Shown here one piece after another: positions 9,029 to 17,374 of a stretch of DNA of 64,000 nt. A program made the translations under genes and the position numbers. A model generated the notes under the pieces. That model was not told where the DNA came from, made no database searches, and saw nothing but the letters and a program-made list of their open reading frames with translations. Numbering within the stretch: the first letter of the stretch is position 1; the number at the start of each line of letters is the position of its first letter. The stretch is from Ruminiclostridium sp. (GTDB taxonomy: Bacteria > Bacillota > Clostridia > Oscillospirales > Ruminococcaceae), in assembly GCA_045579565.1 (NCBI GenBank), contig JAZNML010000052.1, positions 14,194-78,193 on the forward strand, read 5' to 3'.

Positions 9029-10720
9029 TTATTTAAGGGTAACCTTATTTGAAAGGCTGGATTTGTTTCCGTCGCTGTCTACCGCACGTATAGCAAACTT
9101 ATAGTCATACTTATCGTATTTGAGCCCCTTTACTGTAAGAGATGTTCTTGTGCCCTTGACGGTTGCAACTCTTGTGTAATTCTTACCGTCCTTGGAGTAG
9201 AAAATCTGATACTTGGCAACTCCGCCCACGCTTTCCCAGGAAAGAAGCGCAGAACTGCCGGATTTCTCAGCAGAAAGTGTTGTAACAGCCTTCTTTGTAG
9301 TAACAGAGAGCTTTACAGGATCGGAATAACCGCTCCATTTCTTACTCTTCTTGTCATAGGATCTCACAAAGTAATAGTATGTACCTCCCACATCAGAGGA
9401 GCGGTTGATACAGCTTGTGCTTGTAGTCTGTGCGATTCTTGTCTTGCTTCCTGTCTTGGAGGTAGAACGGTATACACGGTACTTTGACGCACCGTCAACC
9501 TTTGTCCAGCTTAAATTAACATAAAAGCCGTCCTGTACCGCCTTTACGGTGATTTCATCACCCTTATTGTTCTTGTCGTTCTTCTGAGTTGAAGAAGAGG
9601 ATGAAGAGGAAGCCTTACCTTGAAGCTTTGGCTCGCCTGCCTTTACTACCGCGTCGGCAATCTCGCTCTGTGTCCACTTTACAGTTGCGCGGTCAATCAG
9701 CTTGTAGGCTACGTCATTATTGTCCCAGATTGCACAGCTTATACCGTTTTCACGGGCATATGTAACCCATTCACTGAGATATGCTGCGCTTCTGTCATCG
9801 TACTTGTTGGGACCGGGGTCAAGGTTGTACTCCGAAAGAATTGCGGGAATACCCTTCTTTACAAAATTATCGTAAATAGTGTCAATTGCCCACTTATATG
9901 TAGACTTGGATTTTGTATAAAGGTGGAAGTCAACAATAAGACGGTTCTTTACTGTATCTTTGGGAAGCTCAAAACCCTTTACCGTAACGCCGTCAACTGA
10001 GGTGTCGTATCCGCCTACAAGGATATAGCGGTCCTTGTTCTTTCCGCCTTCCTTACGGATAGCATCAAGGGATTTCTGGTTAATCTTGTTGATACATTCA
10101 ACCGCATCAACTACCTCGGAGGGAGGATTGTTTACCTGGAACCACCATTCAACATTTGTTCCTTTAAGTCTGGGCTCGTTGGAAAGCTCGAAAATAAGAC
10201 GGTTGTCCACATCTTCAAACTCGTCTGCAATCTGCTCCCACACCTTAACCATGTACTTTTCTGAATTTTTGTAATGGTCGGAATCTGGGTAGTAATAATT
10301 CTTATCGATATCATGGTGAACATTGAGAATTACGTAGAGACCTGCGTCAAGTGACCAGTCAACCACCTCTTCAACTCTGTCCATCCATTTGTCGCTGATT
10401 TCGTAGCTGCCGTCAACATGGTTGTGCCACGAAACAGGAATACGTATTGTATCAAAACCCTTTGTTTTAAGAGCTGCTATAAGCTCTTTTGTGGTTTTAG
10501 CCTTACACCAGCCCGATTCATACTCCAACTCGTCTGTAAGCCATGTGCAGTCCGATGCGTCAAAAGCGTTACCGAGATTCCAGATTGCGCCAAGGCCGTC
10601 AACAAATTTCACCGCTTCATTATCAGGCAATGTAACCGCTGCGGAAGATGTAAGGGGCATTGCGGTAACGGTCATTACCACCGCCATAACTATACCGGCT
10701 ATTCTTCTAAAAAGCTTCAT
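9029..10720 (-). CDS. Secreted glycoside hydrolase family 5 (endoglucanase-type) with two C-terminal Fn3/Ig-like modules
   Basis: Signal peptide MKLFRRIAGIVMAVVMTVTAMPLTSSAA. GH5 hallmarks IRIPVSWHNH, VILNVHHD, LIFELSNEPR and ILSEYN. Poly-Ser linker, then two ~85-aa repeats (LSWxxVxGxxKYxxY...). Start moved to ATG 10720 (RBS gaaagga). Confidence 0.85.
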   Translation of the reverse strand: MKLFRRIAGIVMAVVMTVTAMPLTSSAAVTLPDNEAVKFVDGLGAIWNLGNAFDASDCTWLTDELEYESGWCKAKTTKELIAALKTKGFDTIRIPVSWHNHVDGSYEISDKWMDRVEEVVDWSLDAGLYVILNVHHDIDKNYYYPDSDHYKNSEKYMVKVWEQIADEFEDVDNRLIFELSNEPRLKGTNVEWWFQVNNPPSEVVDAVECINKINQKSLDAIRKEGGKNKDRYILVGGYDTSVDGVTVKGFELPKDTVKNRLIVDFHLYTKSKSTYKWAIDTIYDNFVKKGIPAILSEYNLDPGPNKYDDRSAAYLSEWVTYARENGISCAIWDNNDVAYKLIDRATVKWTQSEIADAVVKAGEPKLQGKASSSSSSSTQKNDKNNKGDEITVKAVQDGFYVNLSWTKVDGASKYRVYRSTSKTGSKTRIAQTTSTSCINRSSDVGGTYYYFVRSYDKKSKKWSGYSDPVKLSVTTKKAVTTLSAEKSGSSALLSWESVGGVAKYQIFYSKDGKNYTRVATVKGTRTSLTVKGLKYDKYDYKFAIRAVDSDGNKSSLSNKVTLK

Positions 10721-10783
10721 AAATAGTCCTTTCAATGTAAAAACAAACGGCATTTACCTTTCAGATAAATACCGTTTCTCATC

Positions 10784-11047
10784 TTAAAGTTCGCTGTTAT
10801 CAGATTCTTCCTCTTCCTCGTCAACATAAGGAATGGAATCGGGAGCGGAAACGTTGAGTGCATCATATTCAGCATATTCATCTTCGCCGAAAAACTCATC
10901 GTCGTCATCGATCATATCGAAATCTTCAAATTCATCGAATTCCTCAGCTTCTGCGTCCATTTTCTTCTTGATGAAGTAAACAGCTGTGAGCGCACCTGCC
11001 AAGAGAGCAATGATTCCGATTAAAAGAGCAATAATATTCTTATTCAT
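10784..11047 (-). CDS. Small N-terminally anchored protein with poly-acidic tail (87 aa)
   Basis: One TM helix (IIALLIGIIALLAGALTAVYFI), then a D/E-rich tail. RBS aaggaagg. Confidence 0.6.
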   Translation of the reverse strand: MNKNIIALLIGIIALLAGALTAVYFIKKKMDAEAEEFDEFEDFDMIDDDDEFFGEDEYAEYDALNVSAPDSIPYVDEEEEESDNSEL

Positions 11048-11152
11048 TAGCTTTACCTTCCTTTGCTGTGGATTTGCTTACAAAAAATATTATATATCAT
11101 TTTTTTCTATTTTTCAAGGGAATTTAAAAATTCTGCATTTTTCACAAAAATG

Positions 11153-11935
11153 CTACATATTTCCTGTGACATTCATCAAAACGGAAATTGCCGCTACGGG
11201 CGCAGTTTCACAACGGAGAATACGCTTTCCCAGTGTGGCAAGCTTTATCCCGTGTTCTTCCGCAAGACCTGCTTCGGACTGTTCAAAACCGCCCTCGCAG
11301 CCTATGAAAATATCAACTGTACCGCTATTTTTCCCTTTCATTATTTCATTTATACTTTGCCCGCCGCATTCGTAGAACAATATTCCTGTATTTTCTTTGT
11401 CGAATGATTTTACCGCCTGCTCAAAGGTCATCATAGGTTTTACCTGCATGATTCTTCCTCTTCCGCACTGTTTAGAGGCTTCATCTGCTATTTTCTGATA
11501 ACGCTCACGCTTCTTTTCTGCGCTTTTTGAATCAGGTCTCGAAACACAACGCTTTGACAGTACAGGAATTACCTCGCAGGCACCAAGCTCCGCAGCCTTC
11601 TGGACAATAAACTCCATTTTATCAGACTTTGGACAGCACTGAAAAAGCCGCACGTAAATTTCCGCCTCGGCTTCATTTTTACGGCACTCTAAGATTTCCA
11701 GCTCCGCCGCATTCTTATCGGGATTAATAACACGGCAAAGGTAATCGTTACAGTTACCGTCACAGACAATTGCATAATCTCCCGCCTTCATGCGAAGGAC
11801 CTGTGACATATGCTTTGAATCCTCGGAGGTCAGCACGGCGGTTTTACCTATATTTTCCGTAAAAAACCTGGGATAGCGCCAGCGTTCGATTTTTTCAGCG
11901 GTTATGGTCTTTTCAAATTCTTCGTTAAGCTCCAT
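11153..11935 (-). CDS. rsmE: 16S rRNA (uracil1498-N3)-methyltransferase
   Basis: PRFF N-terminal motif, PUA-like region, and C-terminal SPOUT motifs IFIGCEGGF and LGKRILRCETA. Confidence 0.85.
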   Translation of the reverse strand: MELNEEFEKTITAEKIERWRYPRFFTENIGKTAVLTSEDSKHMSQVLRMKAGDYAIVCDGNCNDYLCRVINPDKNAAELEILECRKNEAEAEIYVRLFQCCPKSDKMEFIVQKAAELGACEVIPVLSKRCVSRPDSKSAEKKRERYQKIADEASKQCGRGRIMQVKPMMTFEQAVKSFDKENTGILFYECGGQSINEIMKGKNSGTVDIFIGCEGGFEQSEAGLAEEHGIKLATLGKRILRCETAPVAAISVLMNVTGNM

Positions 11936-11951
11936 TATAATGCCTTTCGCT

Positions 11952-12626
11952 TCATGAAAACAGTCCGCCGACTCTGATTTTATTCAGCTCACGGTCTGTT
12001 TTCAGAAAATTTTCAAATATAGTTTCTCCTGTTTTATAAAAATCAGCAGAATGATTGTGGACAAAAATGTGAGTCACCTCATGGGCAACAATATAGTTTA
12101 TGTATTTTTCGGGAAGCTTACACATGGCAAGATTGAAGGTTATCAGATTTTTCTGCCTGTGATAACTTCCCCAGCGGCTTTTCAGATACTTTAAATCCAT
12201 CTTTACAGGTGCACCTGTGTACCCCGCCCGTTCAAGATAATATTTCAGCAAATCGGTACAGATTCTACGACATTCCTTAGCCATAAACATAAGCACCGCT
12301 GTTTCCGGATTGCCCTCGGAAAGCGGAACAACAAGCTTTTCGTCTTGTATAAACGCTTCACCCTCCGCTTTCACAACCGAAATCACATATCTGTTTCCGA
12401 AAAGAGTTACAGCCGTTCCATCGGAAATTTCCGCAGGTGACGGGGGAACAGTTGCCGCGAGTTTTTCACGCTGTTCCTTTATCCATTCCTCACGGCTTGA
12501 AACAAATTCATCAATCTGCTTCTGAGAAACGCCGTAAGGCGCGCTCACATAAACGCTTCCGTCCTCTTTAATACGCAAGCGGAGGTTCTTCATGCCCCTC
12601 CGCCTGTTAAGAATATATTTTACCAT
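11952..12626 (-). CDS. DUF45/YgjP-type (M48-like) zinc metallopeptidase
   Basis: KSRWGSY ... IVAHEVTHIFVHNHSADF (HExxH). TAATG overlap with the upstream MCP gene. Confidence 0.8.
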   Translation of the reverse strand: MVKYILNRRRGMKNLRLRIKEDGSVYVSAPYGVSQKQIDEFVSSREEWIKEQREKLAATVPPSPAEISDGTAVTLFGNRYVISVVKAEGEAFIQDEKLVVPLSEGNPETAVLMFMAKECRRICTDLLKYYLERAGYTGAPVKMDLKYLKSRWGSYHRQKNLITFNLAMCKLPEKYINYIVAHEVTHIFVHNHSADFYKTGETIFENFLKTDRELNKIRVGGLFS

Positions 12627-14143
12627 TAATACTTGTTATCGGGTGTTTCCACAAATTCAGCTGTTGCATAAGAATCGTTCTTCGCTGTTGAACGAGGTGT
12701 GAAAACAGGCTTCGGTGCAGCTACGGGAGCTTTTGCAGCAGGCTTTTCTGCCGCTTCAACAGGCTTTTCTGCCGCCTTACGTACAGGCTGTTCTACTCTC
12801 TTTGCAGGAGCAGAAACGGGCTTTTCCTCTGCCTTTTCAACCTTTGCTTCTACCTTTTTTGCAGGAGCGGAAGCGGTTTTTTCTGTAACAGGAGCAGGCT
12901 TACGGGGAGCTGTTCTCACCGCAGGAGCTGTCTTTGTATCAGCCTTGAAGCTGAAGCTTTCGATTTCCGCTTTGAGCGCATCAGAACGTGATGCAAGCTG
13001 CTGTGCAGATGTCATGCAAGCCTGTGCAACAGAATCGGTACGCTTTGCAGCCATGCCGATCTGTCCAACGCCTTCGTCAATCTTTCCGATAACGCTTCTC
13101 TGCTCATCACAGGAGTCGCTGATTACACCTACAAGACGGGAAACCTCACGTGTTTCCTCTGCAATTGCCGCAAGGGACTTGGCTGTTTCGCCGGTCTTTG
13201 CAACACCCTCACGTACGTTTCTTACACATTCCTCAATAACAGCAGTAGTCTGCTGTGCAGCCTCCTGAGACTTTGTTGCAAGTGTCTTTACTTCGCCGGC
13301 AACTACCGCAAAGCCCTTACCCGCACCGCCTGCTCTTGCAGCTTCAACAGAAGAGTTGAGAGCAAGAATGTTTGTCTGGAATGCAATATCTTCAATTACC
13401 TTTACAAACTTTGTGATTTCATCTGTGGACTTGCTGATATTGTCCATAGCAGCAAGAAGTCCCTTCATATGTACATTACCTGCTTCGATTTCAGCAGCAG
13501 CACCGGTAGCAATTTCATTTGCCTTATGTGCGTTTTCAGCGGTTGTATCAACAGTACCTCTGATATTGTTAACAGAATCGGTAAGCTGCTGTAATGCGCC
13601 TGCCTGTTCCTCTGCATCTGCTGTAAGTGTTGCAAAGGCACCGCTCATCTGCGCACCTTCCGCATTCACCTGCTGAGCACTGTTGCAGATTGCATTGAAC
13701 TTACGGCTCATGCCTTCTGCAAGAGCGGAAAGCACTCTGCCCTTTTCTGTATTTTTGAGAGATTCGGGAAGCTGTGCGGAAAAATCACCTGCCGCAAGCT
13801 TTGAGATATACTCGTTTTCTGCGCTGTTATCAAGGATTCCGCCCTTCATGGCATAGGAAACCTTTTCAATCTCCTCAATTACATCTGCGCCGTTTACCGC
13901 ATTACCGCCGGCGAGCTTTTCAACAGAATCGGAAACCAGGGAATTGAGCTTGTTTTTGGCAAGAACAGATGCTGCAAGAGAACCGATTGCGGTAATTGCC
14001 GCCGCAATAATAACGCCCATTATCATATCCGTTCCGTTCATGCAAAGCACCGCTAAAATAAGGGTGATAACTCCGCCCGCAATTCCTATGCATGAGCTGA
14101 GTCCTACATTTTCAGATATTACTTTTCTGATACTCTTTTTCAT
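12626..14143 (-). CDS. Methyl-accepting chemotaxis protein
   Basis: Signalling-domain core EDIAFQTNILALNSSVEAARAGGAGKGFAVVAGEVKTLA. Two closely spaced N-terminal TM helices. About 105-aa A/P/K/E-rich C-terminal tail. Confidence 0.9.
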   Translation of the reverse strand: MKKSIRKVISENVGLSSCIGIAGGVITLILAVLCMNGTDMIMGVIIAAAITAIGSLAASVLAKNKLNSLVSDSVEKLAGGNAVNGADVIEEIEKVSYAMKGGILDNSAENEYISKLAAGDFSAQLPESLKNTEKGRVLSALAEGMSRKFNAICNSAQQVNAEGAQMSGAFATLTADAEEQAGALQQLTDSVNNIRGTVDTTAENAHKANEIATGAAAEIEAGNVHMKGLLAAMDNISKSTDEITKFVKVIEDIAFQTNILALNSSVEAARAGGAGKGFAVVAGEVKTLATKSQEAAQQTTAVIEECVRNVREGVAKTGETAKSLAAIAEETREVSRLVGVISDSCDEQRSVIGKIDEGVGQIGMAAKRTDSVAQACMTSAQQLASRSDALKAEIESFSFKADTKTAPAVRTAPRKPAPVTEKTASAPAKKVEAKVEKAEEKPVSAPAKRVEQPVRKAAEKPVEAAEKPAAKAPVAAPKPVFTPRSTAKNDSYATAEFVETPDNKY

Positions 14144-14243
14144 AAAACAGCCTCCTGTGCCGATTCAATATATTATTTCTATATTAGCACATTTTTCAGA
14201 ATTTGTCTATATTTTTTGTGTTTTATCTGCGTTTTCACCAGTT

Positions 14244-14654
14244 TTAATTCAATATTTTGGCAAAAATCACCGCATCGTCATCCCCGTAATAACCCTTACG
14301 GAGCGAAATTTCTTCAAAGCCTGCCTTTTTGTAAAGGGTAATAGCCGGTACATTCCTTGAACGCACTTCAAGAAATATCTTTTCACCGCCTCTTTCTCTG
14401 CACCTGTCAATAAACTCACGGAGAAGCTTCTCGCCAAGCCCTTTTCTGCGGAAATCAGGCGAAACAGCAATTCTGTAAAGCTCCGCTTCACCGCATACGA
14501 TACTACCCATCACGTATCCCGACGGGATACCGTTTTCGGTTTCCGTAAGCCATACCGCATTTTCGCTTTTAAGCTGATTTTCTACGGAATTAAGGCTCCA
14601 CGGGGCAGAAAAGCAGGCATTTTCCAGCTCATATATTATCTGTTCGTCTGTCAT
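14244..14654 (-). CDS. rimI: GNAT acetyltransferase, RimI-like (ribosomal-protein-alanine N-acetyltransferase)
   Basis: 136 aa. LYRIAVSPDFRRKGLGEKLL acetyl-CoA motif, LEVRSRNVPAITLYKKAGF. Confidence 0.75.
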   Translation of the reverse strand: MTDEQIIYELENACFSAPWSLNSVENQLKSENAVWLTETENGIPSGYVMGSIVCGEAELYRIAVSPDFRRKGLGEKLLREFIDRCRERGGEKIFLEVRSRNVPAITLYKKAGFEEISLRKGYYGDDDAVIFAKILN

Positions 14655-15172
14655 TGTCCCTCCGTAGATATGGTAGTAAGGTCCACATAGTAGTTTGTTT
14701 TATCATCAGGGTCCATGTATACGGATACCTTTTCCCCCTCGGTACCATGCAGATTGTAGGTAACATAAGAAGAGGTGAGAAGGTATTTGTCATTTGTATC
14801 GGGGCTGATAAATTCACATTCCGCACAGTAATAATGTTTTCTTATACGGCGCGAACCACGTTTTACGCTTCTTGTCCTTCTTTGTATTCTCGTTATGACC
14901 GCCTTATATTCCGTACCGTATGTAATTGCCCTCATTGTTCTCTTGTGCTTCTTTTCTGAATCAATAATGATTACAACGCCCATAAGCACAAAAAGGAAGC
15001 CTATTATTTCCGCACTGATTATTATGGCAGCACCTCCCATATCCACAAAAAGTGGGAACAACATAATCAGTGCGCCAACAATTATAAATGCAATTTCTGC
15101 CTTATGAGAAGGCTTTTGGTATTCGAGTCTTGCAGGGTCCCGTTTATTACTCTTTTCAAAATTCAATGCCAT
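14651..15172 (-). CDS. DUF3592-like membrane protein, paralog 4 (short form)
   Basis: Two TM helices, then a beta-rich domain ending VSVYMDPDDKTNYYVDL. ATGA overlap with rimI. RBS gaggtg. Confidence 0.6.
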   Translation of the reverse strand: MALNFEKSNKRDPARLEYQKPSHKAEIAFIIVGALIMLFPLFVDMGGAAIIISAEIIGFLFVLMGVVIIIDSEKKHKRTMRAITYGTEYKAVITRIQRRTRSVKRGSRRIRKHYYCAECEFISPDTNDKYLLTSSYVTYNLHGTEGEKVSVYMDPDDKTNYYVDLTTISTEGQ

Positions 15173-15184
15173 AATTTCACCTCA

Positions 15185-15958
15185 TCAGAGATTTCTTAAA
15201 TCATGTACCTTCTGCTGACCTTCGCCAAGAGTCATTTCACCTGTGGCATTTTCAAGGTCAACAAAGGATTTCGCCGGATTCTTACGGTTATAGTAAATCG
15301 GAACATTCATACCCACCATGCCGAAAAGGTCAAGAGTTGAAATTCCTGAACGTACACGCAGATTCTTGTTTGTACCCGGTTCATTAAAATCACAGATTGC
15401 GACTTTCGGGTGCTTATGGTCGATGGTGATGTTGGAATTCTCCTCAACGTCTGCAATAACTCCCATAACCATGTTTTTCTCGCTGAATACCGAAAGCTTT
15501 GAAAAGCCTAAGACAACACCGAAGATGATGACAACTACGCCGATACCCATAAGCACAAAGGCAGGAATATATTCCAGCACTACCAGAACGCCCTCGATAT
15601 CCGTAATAGTGGACTTCATCTCCTTTGTCTCAGGATTGAAATAAACATCAATCATATCGCCCTTTTCAACAAAAAGCACACCCATGAGAATATTGCTGTA
15701 CGTCTCTCCCTCATATTCAAGAGAAACAGTTGCATCTGTACGGGTTCGAACGGTTTTCCTGTTACTCTGGTATGAAGTAGACTCCACTTTTTTTACATCC
15801 TCTACGTACGCCTGTGTTTTTATAAATCCGTCATCGCCGGCGACGGCCATCTGTTCCATTCTCGCCGATGAATAGGCAAATCCGCCCATTATGAGAAATG
15901 CTACGCCAACCATCACAGTAATCAGCATAGTTTTGATAATTGATTTTCTTCCCGACAT
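15185..15958 (-). CDS. DUF3592-like membrane protein, paralog 3 (long form, two soluble domains)
   Basis: Architecture TM-domain-TM-domain. IDVYFNPETKEM and VPIYYNRKNPAKSFVDLE motifs. C-terminal VHDLRNL. RBS aaggag. Confidence 0.6.
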   Translation of the reverse strand: MSGRKSIIKTMLITVMVGVAFLIMGGFAYSSARMEQMAVAGDDGFIKTQAYVEDVKKVESTSYQSNRKTVRTRTDATVSLEYEGETYSNILMGVLFVEKGDMIDVYFNPETKEMKSTITDIEGVLVVLEYIPAFVLMGIGVVVIIFGVVLGFSKLSVFSEKNMVMGVIADVEENSNITIDHKHPKVAICDFNEPGTNKNLRVRSGISTLDLFGMVGMNVPIYYNRKNPAKSFVDLENATGEMTLGEGQQKVHDLRNL

Positions 15959-15967
15959 AATTACTCC

Positions 15968-16477
15968 TTATCTGAAATCGTGGACTATCTGGTCTGCATT
16001 AAGCATATCAGCTGATTCCAGGTCAACAAAGTACTTGCTTCTGTCATCAGGGTCATAGAATACAGTAACCTGTCTGCCTACAAGGTAATCAATATTCCCT
16101 GTAACGCTTTCTGAACTGTAAAGATAAATCTCGCCTGTGTATTCATCGGTAACCTTGCAATTCGCCTTACGCAGATACCTGTTATTTACTCTTACAGTGC
16201 GGTCAATTTCGATATCGGTTATAATACCTGTCGCCTGTACCCCTGTTTCAATAAGACGGAGCTTTGTTTTACGCTTTTTAAGTCCGACGGTAAGAAAAGG
16301 CAGTCCGATAAAGAAGAAAAGTAGTCCTATTCCGCCGAAAATCAGAGCGAACAAATTAAGGCTGCTATCCCCCGCCAATAAGGCTATAACACCTGTGAAG
16401 GCGAAAAAGATGCCGATTACAGAAAAGATGATACCTATAATCATTCCCGCGCTGAAACCAATAAACTTCTTTTTCAT
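15968..16477 (-). CDS. DUF3592-like membrane protein, paralog 2 (short form)
   Basis: Two TM helices, then a domain ending VTVFYDPDDRSKYFVDLES...IVHDFR. I prefer ATG 16477 (RBS ggagg 5 nt upstream). The track start 16492 would give an ATGA overlap with paralog 1. Confidence 0.6.
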   Translation of the reverse strand: MKKKFIGFSAGMIIGIIFSVIGIFFAFTGVIALLAGDSSLNLFALIFGGIGLLFFFIGLPFLTVGLKKRKTKLRLIETGVQATGIITDIEIDRTVRVNNRYLRKANCKVTDEYTGEIYLYSSESVTGNIDYLVGRQVTVFYDPDDRSKYFVDLESADMLNADQIVHDFR

Positions 16478-16488
16478 TTTATCCTCCG

Positions 16489-17226
16489 TCATCTGAAATC
16501 GTGTATCATAGGTGAACCCATAGAGCTTTCATCAATGGATTCAAGATCCACATAGTACTGGCTTCTGTCATAAGCGTCATAGTAAACTGTTACCAGTTGT
16601 CCTTGGAGATAACGGATATCATTCATTACACCCTCGGAGCTGTAAAGATACTTTTCGTTAGTCATAGGGTCAACCGCCTCGCATATTGCCTTGAACGGAT
16701 AACGCTTGTTTATTCTTACGCTCTTATCGATAATAATATCTGTAATCATGGCCGTCATATGCTGGCCTGTCATTTTGAGCTCTCTCAGTTTTTTCGCCTT
16801 TACGTACGGCACTACTCCCACAAAAACACCTACCACCACGAAAACAAGTGCAAAAACCGCACCGAATAAGATTGCACCGCCGGATTTACCGGTTCTTACA
16901 TCACGTGGGTTGTAGGGGTCGTAATAAACTTTTATAATCTGTCCCTCTCTCATGGAACCGTTACCGCCGCTGAGCTCTTCATTGTAAATATTTCCGTCAA
17001 CCTCGTAGCGAATATAAACATCGTAATCTGTTCTGTATTTACCGTTTCTTCTTACTCTGTCCTTATGTACCTCGGTAACCTCAGCCCTTACCTCCTGTGC
17101 GGTTTTCATAAACCTGCTGTTTTCAACGTAAATGCCTATACAGACAGCACAAAAAATAAGCCCTACTACTGCAAAAATAATTCCTGTTGACAATTTTTGC
17201 TTTGACACAAATTTAAAATCAGTCAT
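16489..17226 (-). CDS. DUF3592-like membrane protein, paralog 1 (long form, two soluble domains)
   Basis: Architecture TM-domain-TM-domain. IKVYYDPYNPRDV and VTVYYDAYDRSQYYVDLES...MIHDFR. RBS aaggggaaag. Confidence 0.6.
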   Translation of the reverse strand: MTDFKFVSKQKLSTGIIFAVVGLIFCAVCIGIYVENSRFMKTAQEVRAEVTEVHKDRVRRNGKYRTDYDVYIRYEVDGNIYNEELSGGNGSMREGQIIKVYYDPYNPRDVRTGKSGGAILFGAVFALVFVVVGVFVGVVPYVKAKKLRELKMTGQHMTAMITDIIIDKSVRINKRYPFKAICEAVDPMTNEKYLYSSEGVMNDIRYLQGQLVTVYYDAYDRSQYYVDLESIDESSMGSPMIHDFR

Positions 17227-17282
17227 AATCTTTCCCCTTATAATACATTTAAAGTAAATATAATTTACTCACAATAATTAGC

Positions 17283-17311
17283 ATTATACAGCATTTTATT
17301 AGAATTGTCAA
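17283..17311 (-). promoter_or_regulatory. Consensus sigma-70 promoter of the DUF3592-paralog/rimI operon
   Basis: Reverse strand reads TTGACA-17 nt-TATAAT (ttgacaattctaataaaatgctgtataat). Confidence 0.55.
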
Positions 17312-17374
17312 TACTTTTTGCACAAAAAGGTAAATAATTTTTACATATTTACCTTTTTGCGCCTGATTTATAAC

